A stretch of DNA of 64,000 nt from Octopus sinensis (GCF_006345805.1 NC_042999.1:35836001-35900000), one strand, 5' to 3'; numbered from the stretch's first letter, positions 1 to 11,748 are shown. The notes: generated by a model not told the origin, from the letters alone. Made by a program: numbers and translations.

Positions 1-1094
1 AGTTATCAATACAAGTATATCGTTGACTTTATAACAGCGACCATTCATTAACAATAAAATAAGTATTTTGATAAGACGACTAGCAATACTAACACCGGTA
101 AAGCATCATCATAACCGCCGCCGCAGCCGCCGCAGCCGCCGCAGCCGCCGCAGCCGCCGCAGCCGCCGCCGCTGCCGCCGCTGCCGCCATCGTCGTCGTC
201 GCCGTTGAAGCTGTTAACATTGTCATCACCTAGAAGCCTAATGAGCTCAGCAGCTGGGCAATAATTCTTTAGCAGAATTGAAATAGGCATAAGCTATATG
301 GAGTGTAGAAAGAGTAAGAAAGTATAACGAAAGGCTATGAGCCTATATGAGAGAAACTCTCGAGACTAATATCGCAGTATTCGGCGTTCTGACAATGCAA
401 CCACGTTAAGTTGGATATAAAGATTGCTTTTTGGTACTAATGCTGCTTTCGTCATAAATAATAATTTTCTTTTAACAAGCCAGCTAATTATTTGTGACAT
501 TAGTGACTGAAAAGATTGTTGAAATTCTATATATTGTGGCAGCGAGATGTGGCTGGTATGTAGACACCGGACGCTTGTCATTGAGGAAGCCCACTAGACC
601 GAAATCACGTCATCTGTCAGTTCCAGTGCCCATAATAGACGATTCTCGTCTGCTACGATTTGACTGTGCTCTTATGCACCAAATACCTATATGTTATTAG
701 CCTCAAGGCTAATAACACAGTATACGGTGTTTTAAGAATACATCCACGTTCGTTGGATGTGAAAATTGTCTTGAAGAAAATAATTATTTGTTAGCAATAG
801 AGATTTCTAATGTAGGTATAGGGTCAATGATGGCGGTTGGGTGTTGACATTGTTTTCCCAGCCAATTATTTTATTGGACCGCGAAAGCATGCGTATCAAA
901 GTCGATTTCCATGGGATTTGAACAAAAATGTTAAATAGACGCAATTATATACGTTCTACCGATTCTGCAAATAAAGTGCCTTAGAAAAAACAAGAAAAAA
1001 CAAAAGCAACAACGTGACTCGCAGTGCATGTATTTTTTAATTAAAAGTTTTACAAATAATAATAATAATAATTATTATTATTATTATTATACTT

Positions 1095-1735
1095 TCTATT
1101 ATAATCACAAGGCCTGCAGTTTTGGGAGAGGGGACTAGTCGATTACATCGACCCCAGAATTTCACTGGTACTTAATTTATCGACCCTGAAAAGCAAAGCA
1201 TGAAAAGCAAAATCGACCTCGGCGGAATTTGAACTCAGAACGTAACGGCAGACGAAATTCCTATTTCTTTACTACTCACAAGGGGCTAAACACAGAGGGG
1301 ACAAACAAGGACAGACAAACGGATTAAGTCAATTACATTGACCCCAGTGCGTAACTGGTCCTTATTTAATCGACCCCGAAAGGATGAAAAGCAAAGCCGA
1401 CCTCGGCGGAATTTGAATTCAGAACGTAGCGGCAGACGAAATACCGCTAAGCATTTCGCCCGGCGTGCTAACGTTTCTGCCAGCTCGCCGCCTTTTAAAT
1501 ACCTATTTCTTTACTACCTAGAAGGGGCTAAACACAGAGAAGACAAACAAGGACAGACAAACGGATTAAGTCGATCATATCGACCCCAGTGCGTAACTGG
1601 TACTTATTTAATCGACCTCCGATAGGATGAAAGGCAAAGTCGACCTCGACGGAATTTGAATTCAGAACGTAACAGCAGACGAAATACCGCTAAGCATCTC
1701 GCCCGGCGTGCTAACGTTTCTGCCAGCTCGCCGCC
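1095..1735 (-). mobile_element. Three tandem copies of tRNA-derived SINE family A (5'-truncated tail-1 copy 1095-1260; full tail-2 copies 1261-1492 and 1501-1735)
   Basis: Minus strand reads GGCGGCGAGCTGGCAGAAACGTTAGCACGCCGGGCG (A-box-like)...GAGTTCAAATTCCGCCGAGGTCGACTTTGCCTTTCATCCTTTCGGGGTCGA (B-box plus core). More than 15 homologous copies in the window. Confidence 0.9.
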
Positions 1736-1744
1736 TTTTTATCA

Positions 1745-2650
1745 TATGTGATAAAGGCATATGGTTGCCAAGTGGCGAAATGATAAAGGCAATTCAACCT
1801 CAATCCAGTTATAAATACCTGGGAATACTTGAGGTATTCCCAGGACTCAGACACCACGACATGAAGGAAAAGATAAAAAGAGAGTCCTTGTGGTGAGTCA
1901 GAAAAATATTGGCTTCAAAGCTGCATGCCAGAAACATAATTTCGGCAACAAACTCGCGCGCAGTCGCAGTAGTTCGGTATGGCACTGGAATCTGGAAGTG
2001 GACAGAGGAGGAGCTAAAGGAGATGGATAGGAAGTCAAGAAAGCTCCTAACGATGCATGGAACCAACATGCAGACAGTGATCGCCTAGACATGAAGAGAG
2101 CAAATGGAGGAAGGGGACTGATAAGTATGGAAGAATAAGTGCGTATCGAACTCGAGAGCTTAATGAGATACCTAGCCCAAAATAAGGAAAGCTTGCTGGT
2201 GACAGAAAGAGGGAGTATTGAGAGCAGAGAAAAAAGAGCAAACAAAGGAAGACATACGAAAAGGACATGAAGAAGAATTACGTAAGGACCAAGCTCTGGC
2301 TGCGAACTTGAAGGTCAACCAGAGAAATGAGCAAGTGTCTCCGCTGTGCTGCATCTGCAATAGAGTGGATAAAACCATTGCCGATATCACGAACGAATGT
2401 CCTTGACATACCCAAAACCACTACAAGTTGTAGCGACACGACCAAGTAACGAAAGTGCGCCATTGCAAACTGTGCGAAAAGTGGGGGCTAGAGAGAGGCA
2501 AGACGTGGTATGAGCAAAAACCGTAGAAGAGTGCTAGAGTCGGGGACTAGCAAAATCCTCTGGGATTTCCCAATCCAATCAGATCGGGTGCTAGAACATA
2601 ACAAACCGGACCTAGTGGTGGAGGTGGACAAGGTGCACCATATATGTTAT
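1745..2650 (+). pseudogene. Decayed R4/Dong-clade non-LTR retrotransposon fragment (RT C-terminus, CCHC knuckle, restriction-like endonuclease start)
   Basis: Across frames: YKYLGILE; NIISATNSRAVAVVRYGTGIWKWTEEELKEMDRKSRKLLTMHG; GGRGLIS; PLCCICNRVDKTIADITNECP; RHDQV; KILWDFPIQSDRVLEHNKPDLVV. Stops and frameshifts present. Confidence 0.85.
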
Positions 2651-2694
2651 ATAGTTGTATATATATGTTATATATATGTTATATATGTTATATA

Positions 2695-2778
2695 AGGCGG
2701 CGAGCTGGCAGAAACGTTAGCACGCCGGGCGAAATGCGTAGCCGTATTTCGTCTGCCGTTACGTTCTGAGTTCAAATT

Positions 2779-2819
<41 letters not shown>

Positions 2820-3154
2820 GCTACTACTACTACTACTGCTGCTGCCGCTGCTGCTGCTGCTACTACTACTACTACTACAATAATAATAATAATCCTTTTT
2901 ACTGTAGGCCTCAAATTTGGGGGAGGGGTTAAGTCGATTACATCGACCCCTGTACTCAACTGGTACTTAATTTATCGATCCCGAAAGGATGAAAGGTAAA
3001 GTCGACCTCGGCGGAATTTGAACTCAATGTAAAGACGGACGAAATGCTGCTAAACATTTGGTCCACTGTTCTAACGATTCTGCCAGCTCACCGCCTTAAT
3101 AATAATAGTAATAATAATAATAATAATAATGATAATAATAATAATAATAATAAT

Positions 3155-3253
<99 letters not shown>

Positions 3254-3395
3254 TTGAATAATAATTTGAATAATCTTTTCTATCAGAGGCACAACGCCTG
3301 AAAATTTGTGGGGAGGGAGTCTAGTCGATTACATCGATCTCATTGAGCCCGAAAAGAAGAAGAGTAAAGTTGGCCTCGGTGGAATTTGAATTCGG
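2695..3395. mobile_element. SINE A head (+, 2695-2780) and two minus-strand SINE A copies (2893-3095; partial 3277-3395) separated by ACT/GCT/AAT/AAC triplet tracts
   Basis: Same A-box/B-box/core sequence as 1261-1492, in opposite orientations. Confidence 0.85.
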
Positions 3396-3503
3396 AATAA
3401 AAGAATGAAGGACTGCATGAATGAATGAACGAATAAATAAATAAAGAAATAAAGAAAGAAGAAAGAAAGAAAGAAAGAAAGAAAGAAGGAAAGGAAGAAG
3501 AAA

Positions 3504-3546
<43 letters not shown>

Positions 3547-4279
3547 GAAGAAAGACACTCCTAATATGTTCGACCCTATAGGTTTCCAAAGACTGATATT
3601 AGAAAAATATATATCCTTACAAAATCACGACAGATTCCCTAGAAACCAATAATCAGATCACGAGAATATGATAAAAGCCTTTGATGGCAGCAGTAACTAA
3701 AACAAAACCAAACCAAAAAAAAAAACTGATAATAATAATAATAATAATAATATAATAATAATAATAATAATAATAATAAACAATAATAATAATAATAATA
3801 ATAGGCAGGTCGCCTATTAATTGACTGACAGACCAATAGTAGTCAATCAAAATACAATAACTCATAAATCATTTATGATTTTTGTATAATTGTATCGGTG
3901 TCAATAACTACGTCTTTGGTTTCGCTTGTAGCACATTCCAAGAGAACACCAAGCAAAGTTTGTGATTGAAATAGGTATATGATTTTAACAAGAGAGAAAA
4001 TTACGAAGAGAGTTAAGTAAATAAGACCAACTATGAAATCAAAACTATATTGCAAGCATAGCTTTCAAAGAATATGCCACCATTTTAAAGTGCATGTATT
4101 GTATATATTTATGAAGGTGGAGCCTTAAACTTATATAATGTTCGTAGGTCTCTGAAAAGTGAAGAAAAAGAAATGACTCAATTAAAAATTGAAACCGGTT
4201 CGTGAATTTTGCAGAAATCTTATCTCTTCTTTAGAATAAAACTTCATATATGTGCTGTTTAATCGAATCAACGAGGAGG

Positions 4280-4500
4280 ATTTTGAACGATCACTCGATC
4301 AGCTAGAAATACTGACCAAACTTCTCAGAATACTATTTTGAAAAGCGTAGGATATATTCTAATTTCCTTTAGATAAATTTGAAATTTTTGACTACATATG
4401 TAATGTTTCAGAAATTGACAGGATAGTCATTGCTTGAATGCTAGGATGCTTTTGATCATATCTGCTCTGTTCGTATTAACCTGGGGCTAAACAACAACGT
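4280..4500 (+). mobile_element. Old interspersed repeat family D (other fragments about 9190-9260 -, 43345-43410 +, 56840-56900 +, 59485-59680 -)
   Basis: Shared degenerate motifs CTAGAAATAGCAGCCAAATCT(C)CCTCAAATCACACCCTACCG and a GGGGCTAAACAACAAC tail. Confidence 0.5.
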
Positions 4501-4621
4501 AGATTTAACTTGAGCAATAGACTTTCTGTGTAACACAAACATTTGATCCTTGAGTGTCTTTTGTGGAATTCACTGTGTAGGAAAAATTCAGAACGGGTAT
4601 CTGGTCTGTGATAACTCATAC

Positions 4622-4666
4622 CAGTCTCGGGAGACCTCTTAGATAGGGTTATGGGCAGTTCTTCTT
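4622..4666 (-). CDS. Candidate 45-nt phase-1/phase-1 exon (EEELPITLSKRSPETG), product unknown
   Basis: Pyrimidine tract plus CAATAG acceptor, CTG|GTATGA donor, only one open frame, non-repetitive sequence. No homology recognised. Confidence 0.3.
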
Positions 4667-4714
4667 CTATTGACAAAGTGTTGAAGAGAGAAGGAGAGAG
4701 GGGTATAGAGAAAA

Positions 4715-4745
<31 letters not shown>

Positions 4746-5534
4746 AGGAGGGAAGGTGGGAGAGAAAGTAAAATTTCAAAGTAACTTTAAGCAACATCAT
4801 TACAAAGTGTGAATACAATTTTCAATAAATAAATGAATAAATAAATAAATAAATAAATAAATGTAAATATATTAAATAAAAATGAAAAGCATGGTGTTAT
4901 TTACAGTGTGAAGGTTTGATGGAACTTCCATCTTGAAAAAAAATGAATGACTGAATGAATGAATACTGTAATAAATAAATAAATAAATATATACATTAAA
5001 ATACAAGGTAAGAAAAAGAAAAGAAAAGAAAAGAAAGCAAAACATATATTAAAAAAAGGAGGCGTGGTGTCATCGCCGACGAGATCAGAAAGTCGACCAC
5101 CCTGTGAGTATATGACACATAATCACATCACAAGTTAATGCTCGTTGCCATATGTTGTTTTTATTTGTTCCATATTTTACACTCGAGTGTGAAATGTTTT
5201 ACTGATATATTCCACGCCTTAAGTAATGATTCACACTGTAAATGCGAGAAGCGTATGTCCTGTATTTCATGCTGCGATCGATTCTGAAATGTTCTATATT
5301 TCGTATTGTGATTTTGTTTTAAAAATATGCAATATGAAATATGAAATACGAATAGTGCTTGATGAAAGAAATCAGTAGTGTGTCGAAGATGATATTTATT
5401 GGTATTCAGCTACAATTTTTATATGTTCTGGATTGAAATACTGTCAGAGGAGGAATAGGTAAAATTTACCTTTGAACCTCTTAGGATCAATTGAATAATT
5501 ACCTGTGAGATACCGGAGTCTAATTTAGCATGAA

Positions 5535-6705
5535 CCGCTCTTTTTCCAAATATAAGAAAGAACCCCTCTCTTCAAATTTAAGTCCCCACTTTAAATAAGC
5601 CCCTCTCCAAATATAAGCCCCCTTTCCAAATATAAGCACACTCTCCAAATAAAAGACCCCTCTCTCATAATCTAAGCACCGCTCTCCAAATAAACCCCTC
5701 TAAAAATTATAAGCACCCGCGTCACTAAATATAAGATCCCTCGCAAAATAAAAGATCCCTGTCTCCAAATACAAGCACATTTCCAAATATAAGCGCCCTA
5801 CTCCAAATGTAATGCTCCTCCTTCCTCAGAATATAAGCTCCCTTTTGAAATATAGCCTCTTTCCAAATATAAGCCCCCTTCCTTTATACATATAAGCCCC
5901 TCTCAGCCATTCCAAATATAAAGCTTTCTCTCGCAATATAAGACCCCTCTGCAAATATAAGCGCCTCTCTCCAAATATAAGTCCCTTATACTACGAGTAT
6001 AAGTCAACTCACAAATGAATGCTCCTTACCAATTATAAGTCTCTTGTCTAAATATAAGCAACTTCTTCATACATAATCCGCATGGCTCCAAAAATTAACC
6101 TGTTCTCTCCAAATATATACCCGCTTTCCAAATATCAGACCCCTTTCTCCAAATAAAAGCCCTCGCTCTAAATAAAAGCCCACTCTCCAAATGAAAGGCC
6201 CGTCTCAAATTAAAAGTCCCCTCTCCAAATATAAGTCCTCTCTCTCTCCAAATACAAGCCTTCCACTCAAATCATTAACCAGTTCTTAATAAATCCCATC
6301 TGTCCAAATATAAGTTCTTCTCTCCAAATATGAGGCACTCTCTCCAAATATAAGTTACCCTCTCAAAATCTAAGTTCTCTCTTCAAATGTTAGCCACCAT
6401 CTCTAATATAAGCTCCTTCTCCAAATCTAAGCCCCCCCCCCAACTCTAAGCTCCCTCTCTCCAAATATAGACCCAAATCCCGAAATAAAAGCCCCCCTTT
6501 CCAAATATTAGCCCACGTTCTCCATATATAAGCCCCTCCAAATATAAGAACCGTTTCCAAATATAAGCTCCTTTCTCGAAAGTAACTCCCTGTCGGAATA
6601 CAAGCCTCCTTTCTACAAATATAAGCCAAGTCTTACCAAATATAAGCTCCCTCTAGAAATATGTATCCTGATATAAGCTCCCTCTCCAAATATAGGCCTA
6701 CCTTT
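5535..6705. repeat. Degenerate ~19-20 bp minisatellite, consensus about CTCTCCAAATATAAGCCCC
   Basis: The CCAAATATAAG core recurs every ~19-20 nt over about 1.17 kb, with diverged units. Confidence 0.9.
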
Positions 6706-7014
6706 CAAAATGACTTGCTTTTACAAGTGGCCATTTTGTTCTTTATCTGACTATCATCTAGATACCGATTTAAAAAATCTGGATTTTCCTTTTATCATGC
6801 TACGTGCGCGCGTATGCGGCGGTAAGGAGACAAGTGCAAACACAAAACACATATACATACGTACTCACACACTCACGTACATATGCACACACACACACAT
6901 TTACATAAAGATGAATAAGAGAAAATGGACATTCCTTATTTCATATCACTGCAATTGTTTCCACACATCGTTACACCCGTAATACATTGGGGGAAGATGA
7001 TATAATTATCATAT

Positions 7015-7345
7015 TGCCATAAACTTAGTGGTTAGGGTATTCGGCTCACGATGGTACGATCGTGAGTTCGATTCCCGGCGGTGCGCTGTGTCCTTAAGCA
7101 AGACACTCTATTTCACGTTACTCCAGTTAACTCAGTTAGCATAAGCGAGTAGTACCTGCATTTCAAAGAGCCAACCTTGTCACATCCTATGTCACATCCT
7201 ATGTCACGCTGAATCTCCCTGAAAACTACGTTAACGTTGTATGTGTCTGTGGAGTACTCAGCCACTTGCACGTTAATTTCACGTGCAGGTTGTTTCCTTG
7301 ATTAGCTCAACTGGAACCCTTGTCGTCGTAACCGACGGAATGCCA
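7015..7345 (+). mobile_element. tRNA/CORE-like SINE, head H1 + tail T1 (second copy 19975-20255; H1-only copy 14175-14330)
   Basis: TAGTGGTTAGGG A-box, GAGTTCGATTCCC B-box, GTGTCCTT(G/A)AGCAAGACACT core, tail TACCTGCATTTCAAAG...GTCGTAACCGACGGA. Confidence 0.85.
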
Positions 7346-7704
7346 TAAACGCTATCATCCATCAAAGGTGCAAAATGTGTTTCTTCAGGTGAATGTTTTA
7401 AATATTTTGATTATTTCGAAGGATTTATTCAACATAATCACCTGAAGCATTTGTGGTGATAGGAAATAAATAATGTTCTTCAATCGAATTTCTCTTATTC
7501 ATCTCTTTATATAAACTCTACGGATACAATGGAGTTCCTAATGTAAATCCATTCCCACTGTATGATGACATCCAACAGCCAATAACTCGGGATGAGCTTT
7601 ACATAACATATTACAAGATTTTTAACCAAATTTTATTCATCTCTCTCTTTCTCAGTGTGTGTGTGTGAGTTGTGTGTATATGTATGTGTGTGTGTGTGTG
7701 TGTG

Positions 7705-7860
7705 TTGTAATAGGCTTTTACACATTTTCCGTCTTCCAAATTCTCTGATAAGGCATTTGTTGTTTGGCCCGGGGTTATAGTAGAAAACACTTGTCCTAGA
7801 TTTGTGCTGTACAGTTGAACTGAAGCCGAAACCACGAAGTTGAAAGCAGGTTTTTTAACC
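7705..7860 (-). mobile_element. Degenerate SINE family B 5' half
   Basis: GGACAAGTGTTTTCTACTATAACCCCGGGCC...GAATTTGGAAGACGGAAA aligns to the B consensus. Confidence 0.7.
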
Positions 7861-7918
7861 GTGTGTGTGCGCATGCACAGTGTTCTGGTTGTGTGTAATG
7901 TGTGTGTGTGTGTGTGTG

Positions 7919-7964
<46 letters not shown>

Positions 7965-8029
7965 TTAACGTACTTATGGGTATGATCTCTTTCTCACTAT
8001 TCCTCTTTGTCCCTTTACATCTCACTCAC

Positions 8030-8087
8030 CTCTGCGCATGCTCTGTGCTTGGCTCGGAATGACTGCAAGATGGAATCGTGGTAGAAG
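8030..8087 (-). CDS. Candidate 58-nt internal exon, product unknown
   Basis: Near-consensus splice sites: GGTTTTCTTTTCATCCAG| acceptor and CAGAG|GTGAGT donor. All three frames open (for example LLPRFHLAVIPSQAQSMRR or FYHDSILQSFRAKHRACAE). Confidence 0.5.
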
Positions 8088-8396
8088 CTGGATGAAAAGA
8101 AAACCTCATCAAAGACATAACAACCATGTTGCTCCAACTCAGTACCGCACTATGTTAATTGTGACACCTAGCTAGCTACACTGGTTTTATATTTTATATT
8201 TTATATCCTTATATATAATTAAAACTGAACGGAAAATGAATGCTCTTCCAATTTACGTTTATAATTAGAAAGAACTATTTTACGATCTATAAAATTAATT
8301 AAATGATGAGCATTGATTTTGAAACCTGAATTACGCATATTGCAGTGGTATTTTGTGTACGTGTAAATGTGTGTGAGTGAGTGTGTGTGTGTGTGT

Positions 8397-8432
<36 letters not shown>

Positions 8433-8594
8433 AGTGTGTGTGTGAGTGTGTGCACGCTTTTGAGGATGGGTGGATAATTAAATGGCTGCTGACTTTATAA
8501 TAATGTTGTGGTTTATTACTAGGTCGACTCAAAACGAGCAGACATGATCAAAGGTTTCACCATCCGTGACCATCCCATTCTTTTATTATCAATA

Positions 8595-8601
8595 TTATTA
8601 A

Positions 8602-8640
<39 letters not shown>

Positions 8641-8755
8641 ATGTACTTGCTTCGGCAGTACATATACTAAAACTGGAACGATACAGAGATTATTATCATC
8701 ATCATCATCATCATCATCATCGTCGTCGTCGTCGTCGTCGTCGTCATCATCATCG

Positions 8756-8789
<34 letters not shown>

Positions 8790-8854
8790 TATTATCATCA
8801 TTATTATCATCATCATCATCATCATCGTCGTCGTCGTCGTCATCATCATCATCG

Positions 8855-8891
<37 letters not shown>

Positions 8892-8901
8892 TATCATTAT
8901 T

Positions 8902-8984
<83 letters not shown>

Positions 8985-9000
8985 TATTATTATTATTATT
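8595..9000. repeat. (TAT)n and (CAT)n/(CGT)n compound microsatellite
   Basis: Read directly; explains the His-rich and Met-rich ORFs. Confidence 0.95.
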
Positions 9001-9280
9001 TATGTTCTTGCTTTGTTTTATACAAGTCGTTCCAAGTTCTCACCCAGAAACCTCTAATAACAGCAAGTTGGGCGTTTTACTGAGAGCCTTATTTATTATT
9101 AGCTCTGATAAATTGAATGGAAAGTAGACCAGTTTCTGAGAACTAGTAACTTCTACTATCCACTTGTCCTTCTTTTCTACAAAAGTAGTATATTATTTGC
9201 ATGAGATTTGGTGCTTATTTCTAACAGATCGATTATCAACATAGCAGCACCCTCCGCATGTTATAATGTCGTATATGTTC

Positions 9281-9462
9281 ATTATTTACATTATTTACAT
9301 TATTTACATTCGACGGATATTTATCCTCATCTTTCTTGTTAACACAACTTTTCGGCTGATATACTCTCCAGCCTTCTTCAGGTGTCTTGGGGGAAATTTC
9401 GAACTTGGTTCTCATTCCTAGGGTATTTTTCGATGTTATTATTTTTATTATTATTATTATTA

Positions 9463-9499
<37 letters not shown>

Positions 9500-9577
9500 G
9501 TTCAGGTCACTGCTTGGAATCGAAGTTGGAATCTTGGGGTTAGCAGCCCGGGCTCTTAACCACTACGCCATATGCCC
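9281..9577 (-). mobile_element. tRNA-headed non-autonomous retroelement with Penelope-type hammerhead, left arm of palindrome
   Basis: GGGCATATGGCGTAGTGGTTAAGAG (A-box), CTGCTAA anticodon-like loop (tRNA-Ser GCU-like), TTCGATTCC (B-box), (AAT)n, hammerhead core, 3' tail of three GTAAATAAT units. Confidence 0.8.
9341..9386 (-). ncRNA. Minimal type I hammerhead ribozyme motif
   Basis: GACAC-CUGAAGA-A-GGCUG(GAGAGUAUAU)CAGCC-GAAA-AG-UU-GUGUU. Core nucleotides, stem II (5 bp) and stem I (GACAC/GUGUU) are intact; helix III AAGU deviates from palindromic ACGU. Confidence 0.7.
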
Positions 9578-9579
9578 GT

Positions 9580-9666
9580 GGGTTATGTAGTAGTTAAGAG
9601 CGCGGGCTACTAACCCCAAGATTCAGAGTTCGATTCCAAGCAGTGACCTGAGCAAAAACAACAACA

Positions 9667-9725
<59 letters not shown>

Positions 9726-9882
9726 AATAGCAACAACAACATCGAAAAAGACCTTAGGTATGAGAACCCAGGTTCGAAATTTCCCCAAGACACCTGATGA
9801 AGGCTGGAGGGTATATCAGCGGAAACATTGTGTTAATAACAAACAAGATAAGGACAAATATCCGTCAAATGTAAATAATGTA
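9580..9882 (+). mobile_element. tRNA-headed non-autonomous retroelement with Penelope-type hammerhead, right arm of palindrome
   Basis: Reverse-complement homolog of 9281-9577: GTAGTAGTTAAGAG, GAGTTCGATTCC, internal (AAC)/(ACT)n, same 3' region ending GTAAATAATGTA. Confidence 0.8.
9789..9834 (+). ncRNA. Minimal type I hammerhead ribozyme motif
   Basis: GACAC-CUGAUGA-A-GGCUG(GAGGGUAUAU)CAGCG-GAAA-CA-UU-GUGUU. One stem II mismatch; ACAU is the CpG-decay product of ACGU. Confidence 0.7.
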
Positions 9883-10590
9883 CATTTTTACATTAGCCTT
9901 CATTCGAACTCTAGATAATGCAACATACAGTTGACTATCTGAGAAGAATTGTGTCGGAAGATTTATTCCAATTTTTTCAAAAGTCTGTCTCTGTGCCTTG
10001 TTGCACGTCAAGGCAAAAGCTGGCTTGACAGGAAATTGTTTGCGTATAAATGTAAATTGAAATTCCATTTCTCGAGATACATGTAGTATTCTTAAGATTA
10101 GCAGAGTTGATCCTGCATAAAGACCAGAAGCAACCTCAACCTCATTAACATGATCATGTACACTGACAGTGATGTAGTGTGTGCCATTGCAATGTCCATT
10201 AGTAGCATCTAAATTTTTCAGAAGCATTATGCATCGTTTTTCCTTCAGTTTGAGAATTTGTGGTGGAAACTCTAATGGTGTAAGTTTGTTGATGAACTCG
10301 ATTGGAGACAGAGTTTCATTATCAACTATATCTGAGCTTCTGTATATTTTTAGCTCACCAGGGATCCTGGTCAACAGAAAATCATTCACAAATAGTGCTG
10401 CTTCATTTGTTGGAGTAACGATGGTTCTATTTGCAAGCCACACAGGGTTTGTGAAGTTATTTCTGAGGTCAGCATATACAAAATCACATAGCTCTGAAAG
10501 AGTACCACTTTCAAGGCAAGGGTCATTGGGTAGTTCGATTTTGAATTCAACTATTTCCTACATCAAGAAGGTAATTAGCAAACACTTTTT
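9880..10590 (-). pseudogene. Helitron Rep/Hel C-terminal PIF1-like helicase fragment
   Basis: ORF 9865-10443: IMLLKNLDATNGHCNGT, RKQFPVKPAFALTCNKAQRQTFEKIGINL, QLYVALSRV (PIF1 helicase motifs). Upstream FANYLLDVGN lies in a shifted frame. Confidence 0.9.
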
Positions 10591-10606
10591 TTTCTCAGAA
10601 TGACCT

Positions 10607-11009
10607 AGTTAGTTAGTTAGTTAGTTAATTTGGCTCAAAAGCAAATAGCAAGGCCATGTAGGGGGACATGGAGTTAAGTACAGGGTGGTATTCATGTAAA
10701 GAGTTCAGGCCACTTGAGGTCAAGGGAGGCTTTGAACAAAGCGGTCGTCGGCATCTTCACCATCTCGTCTGGCAGCTTGTTCCACGGATCCGCAACCCGG
10801 ACGGAGAAAGCTCCTCTCCTTCGATTGAGATGAAATCGTCGCAGGTAGAGCTTTTCGGAATGACCCCGCAGCCGACGCTCTGGAGCAGGAGTGAAGAACA
10901 GCTCTTTCAAGAGGTTACACTTTCCGCTTATGATGCCGTGGGCGAGAATGAGATCACCACGGCGGCGGCGTTTTTCTAGAGAATAAAGGTCGAGCGTCCT
11001 CAGCCTTTC
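10607..11009 (-). mobile_element. 5'-truncated CR1 LINE 3' end with (TAAC)n tail, nested in the Helitron
   Basis: ERLRTLDLYSLEKRRRRGDLI...RLRGHSEKL...FSVRVADPWNKLPDEMVKMPTTALFKASLD is a CR1 ORF2 C-terminus; plus-strand (TTAG)n at about 10607-10626. Confidence 0.9.
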
Positions 11010-11319
11010 TTAAGAAGTCTTAGATTGGTTGTCAACTTCACTACTTCCACATGATCGCAAAGAAAAGACTTTTTCAGTGTTTCATCAACAATTTGTGATC
11101 TGACACCATTATTTTGAAGTAGAATATTCTCCACTCGAGATACCCTAACCAGTCGTTCATGTGTAGCGGAAAGAGAATCATGTCTACGTCTCCGTGTATA
11201 TTCAAGCATCTGTTTCAGTCGCTTTGCCTTGGTTTCATCTAATTCAGTTGCCCGTCTTTCTCTCTACCGTTGTGCCTTTGCTGCTAAATTTTCTTTTTCA
11301 GTCGCATTTTATATATAAA
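11010..11319 (-). pseudogene. Probable Helitron Rep/Hel N-terminal fragment
   Basis: ATEKENLAAKAQR*RERRATELDETKAKRLKQMLEYTRRRR resembles the charged N-terminal repeats of Helitron ORFs; same strand as and upstream of the helicase fragment. Confidence 0.5.
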
Positions 11320-11748
11320 CTAGCAGCATAGCCTGGCGTTTCTCGGGTATGTAAGAGCCCCTAGTAGGCAACGACTAATCCCAATCTAGTCCTTTCCCTC
11401 TAGGGAACGAAGGCGCATGTGTAGGTTGCAATGTCTTCTCTTCACTCGAATACTTCTGTGTATACGATGTTCCTAGCTGTCCCTAGCTGTCGAGTTGTGT
11501 CCCCTAGACAGAAAATGTGTTGCATATAAAAAGCTTAGATTCTCGACCCCATGTCGAATTTATCGATTTTTTTCAGAACTGGGAGAACTCTTCAAAATTT
11601 TCGCTGCGTTAGTTTTGAATTATGACATTGGGCTATGTGTGTGTCAAGTTTCATCAGAATCGGTTGAAAGCCGTGGTCAGGGTGAGGGTACAACCTGACA
11701 GACACACAGACACACAGACAGACAAACTGCCGTTTATATATAGAGAGA
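11320..11748 (-). mobile_element. Non-autonomous Helitron
   Basis: 5' A|TCTCTCTATATATAAACGGC, 3' hairpin CCCGAGAAACGCCAGG then ...CTGCTAG|T. Inserted between A and T with no TSD; (GTCT)n/(GTGTCT)n near the 5' end. Confidence 0.85.

Noticed and set aside
113-200. GC-rich (GCC/GCA)n tract giving a Gly/Cys-rich ORF
   Set aside because: Simple 9-bp/triplet repeat in AT-rich flanks.
7611-7874. Protein-like ORF (VKKPAFNFVVSASVQLYSTNLGQ...)
   Set aside because: It is a degenerate SINE B copy.
8544-9083. 179-aa His-rich ORF
   Set aside because: Translation of (CAT)n/(TAT)n; no unique coding content.
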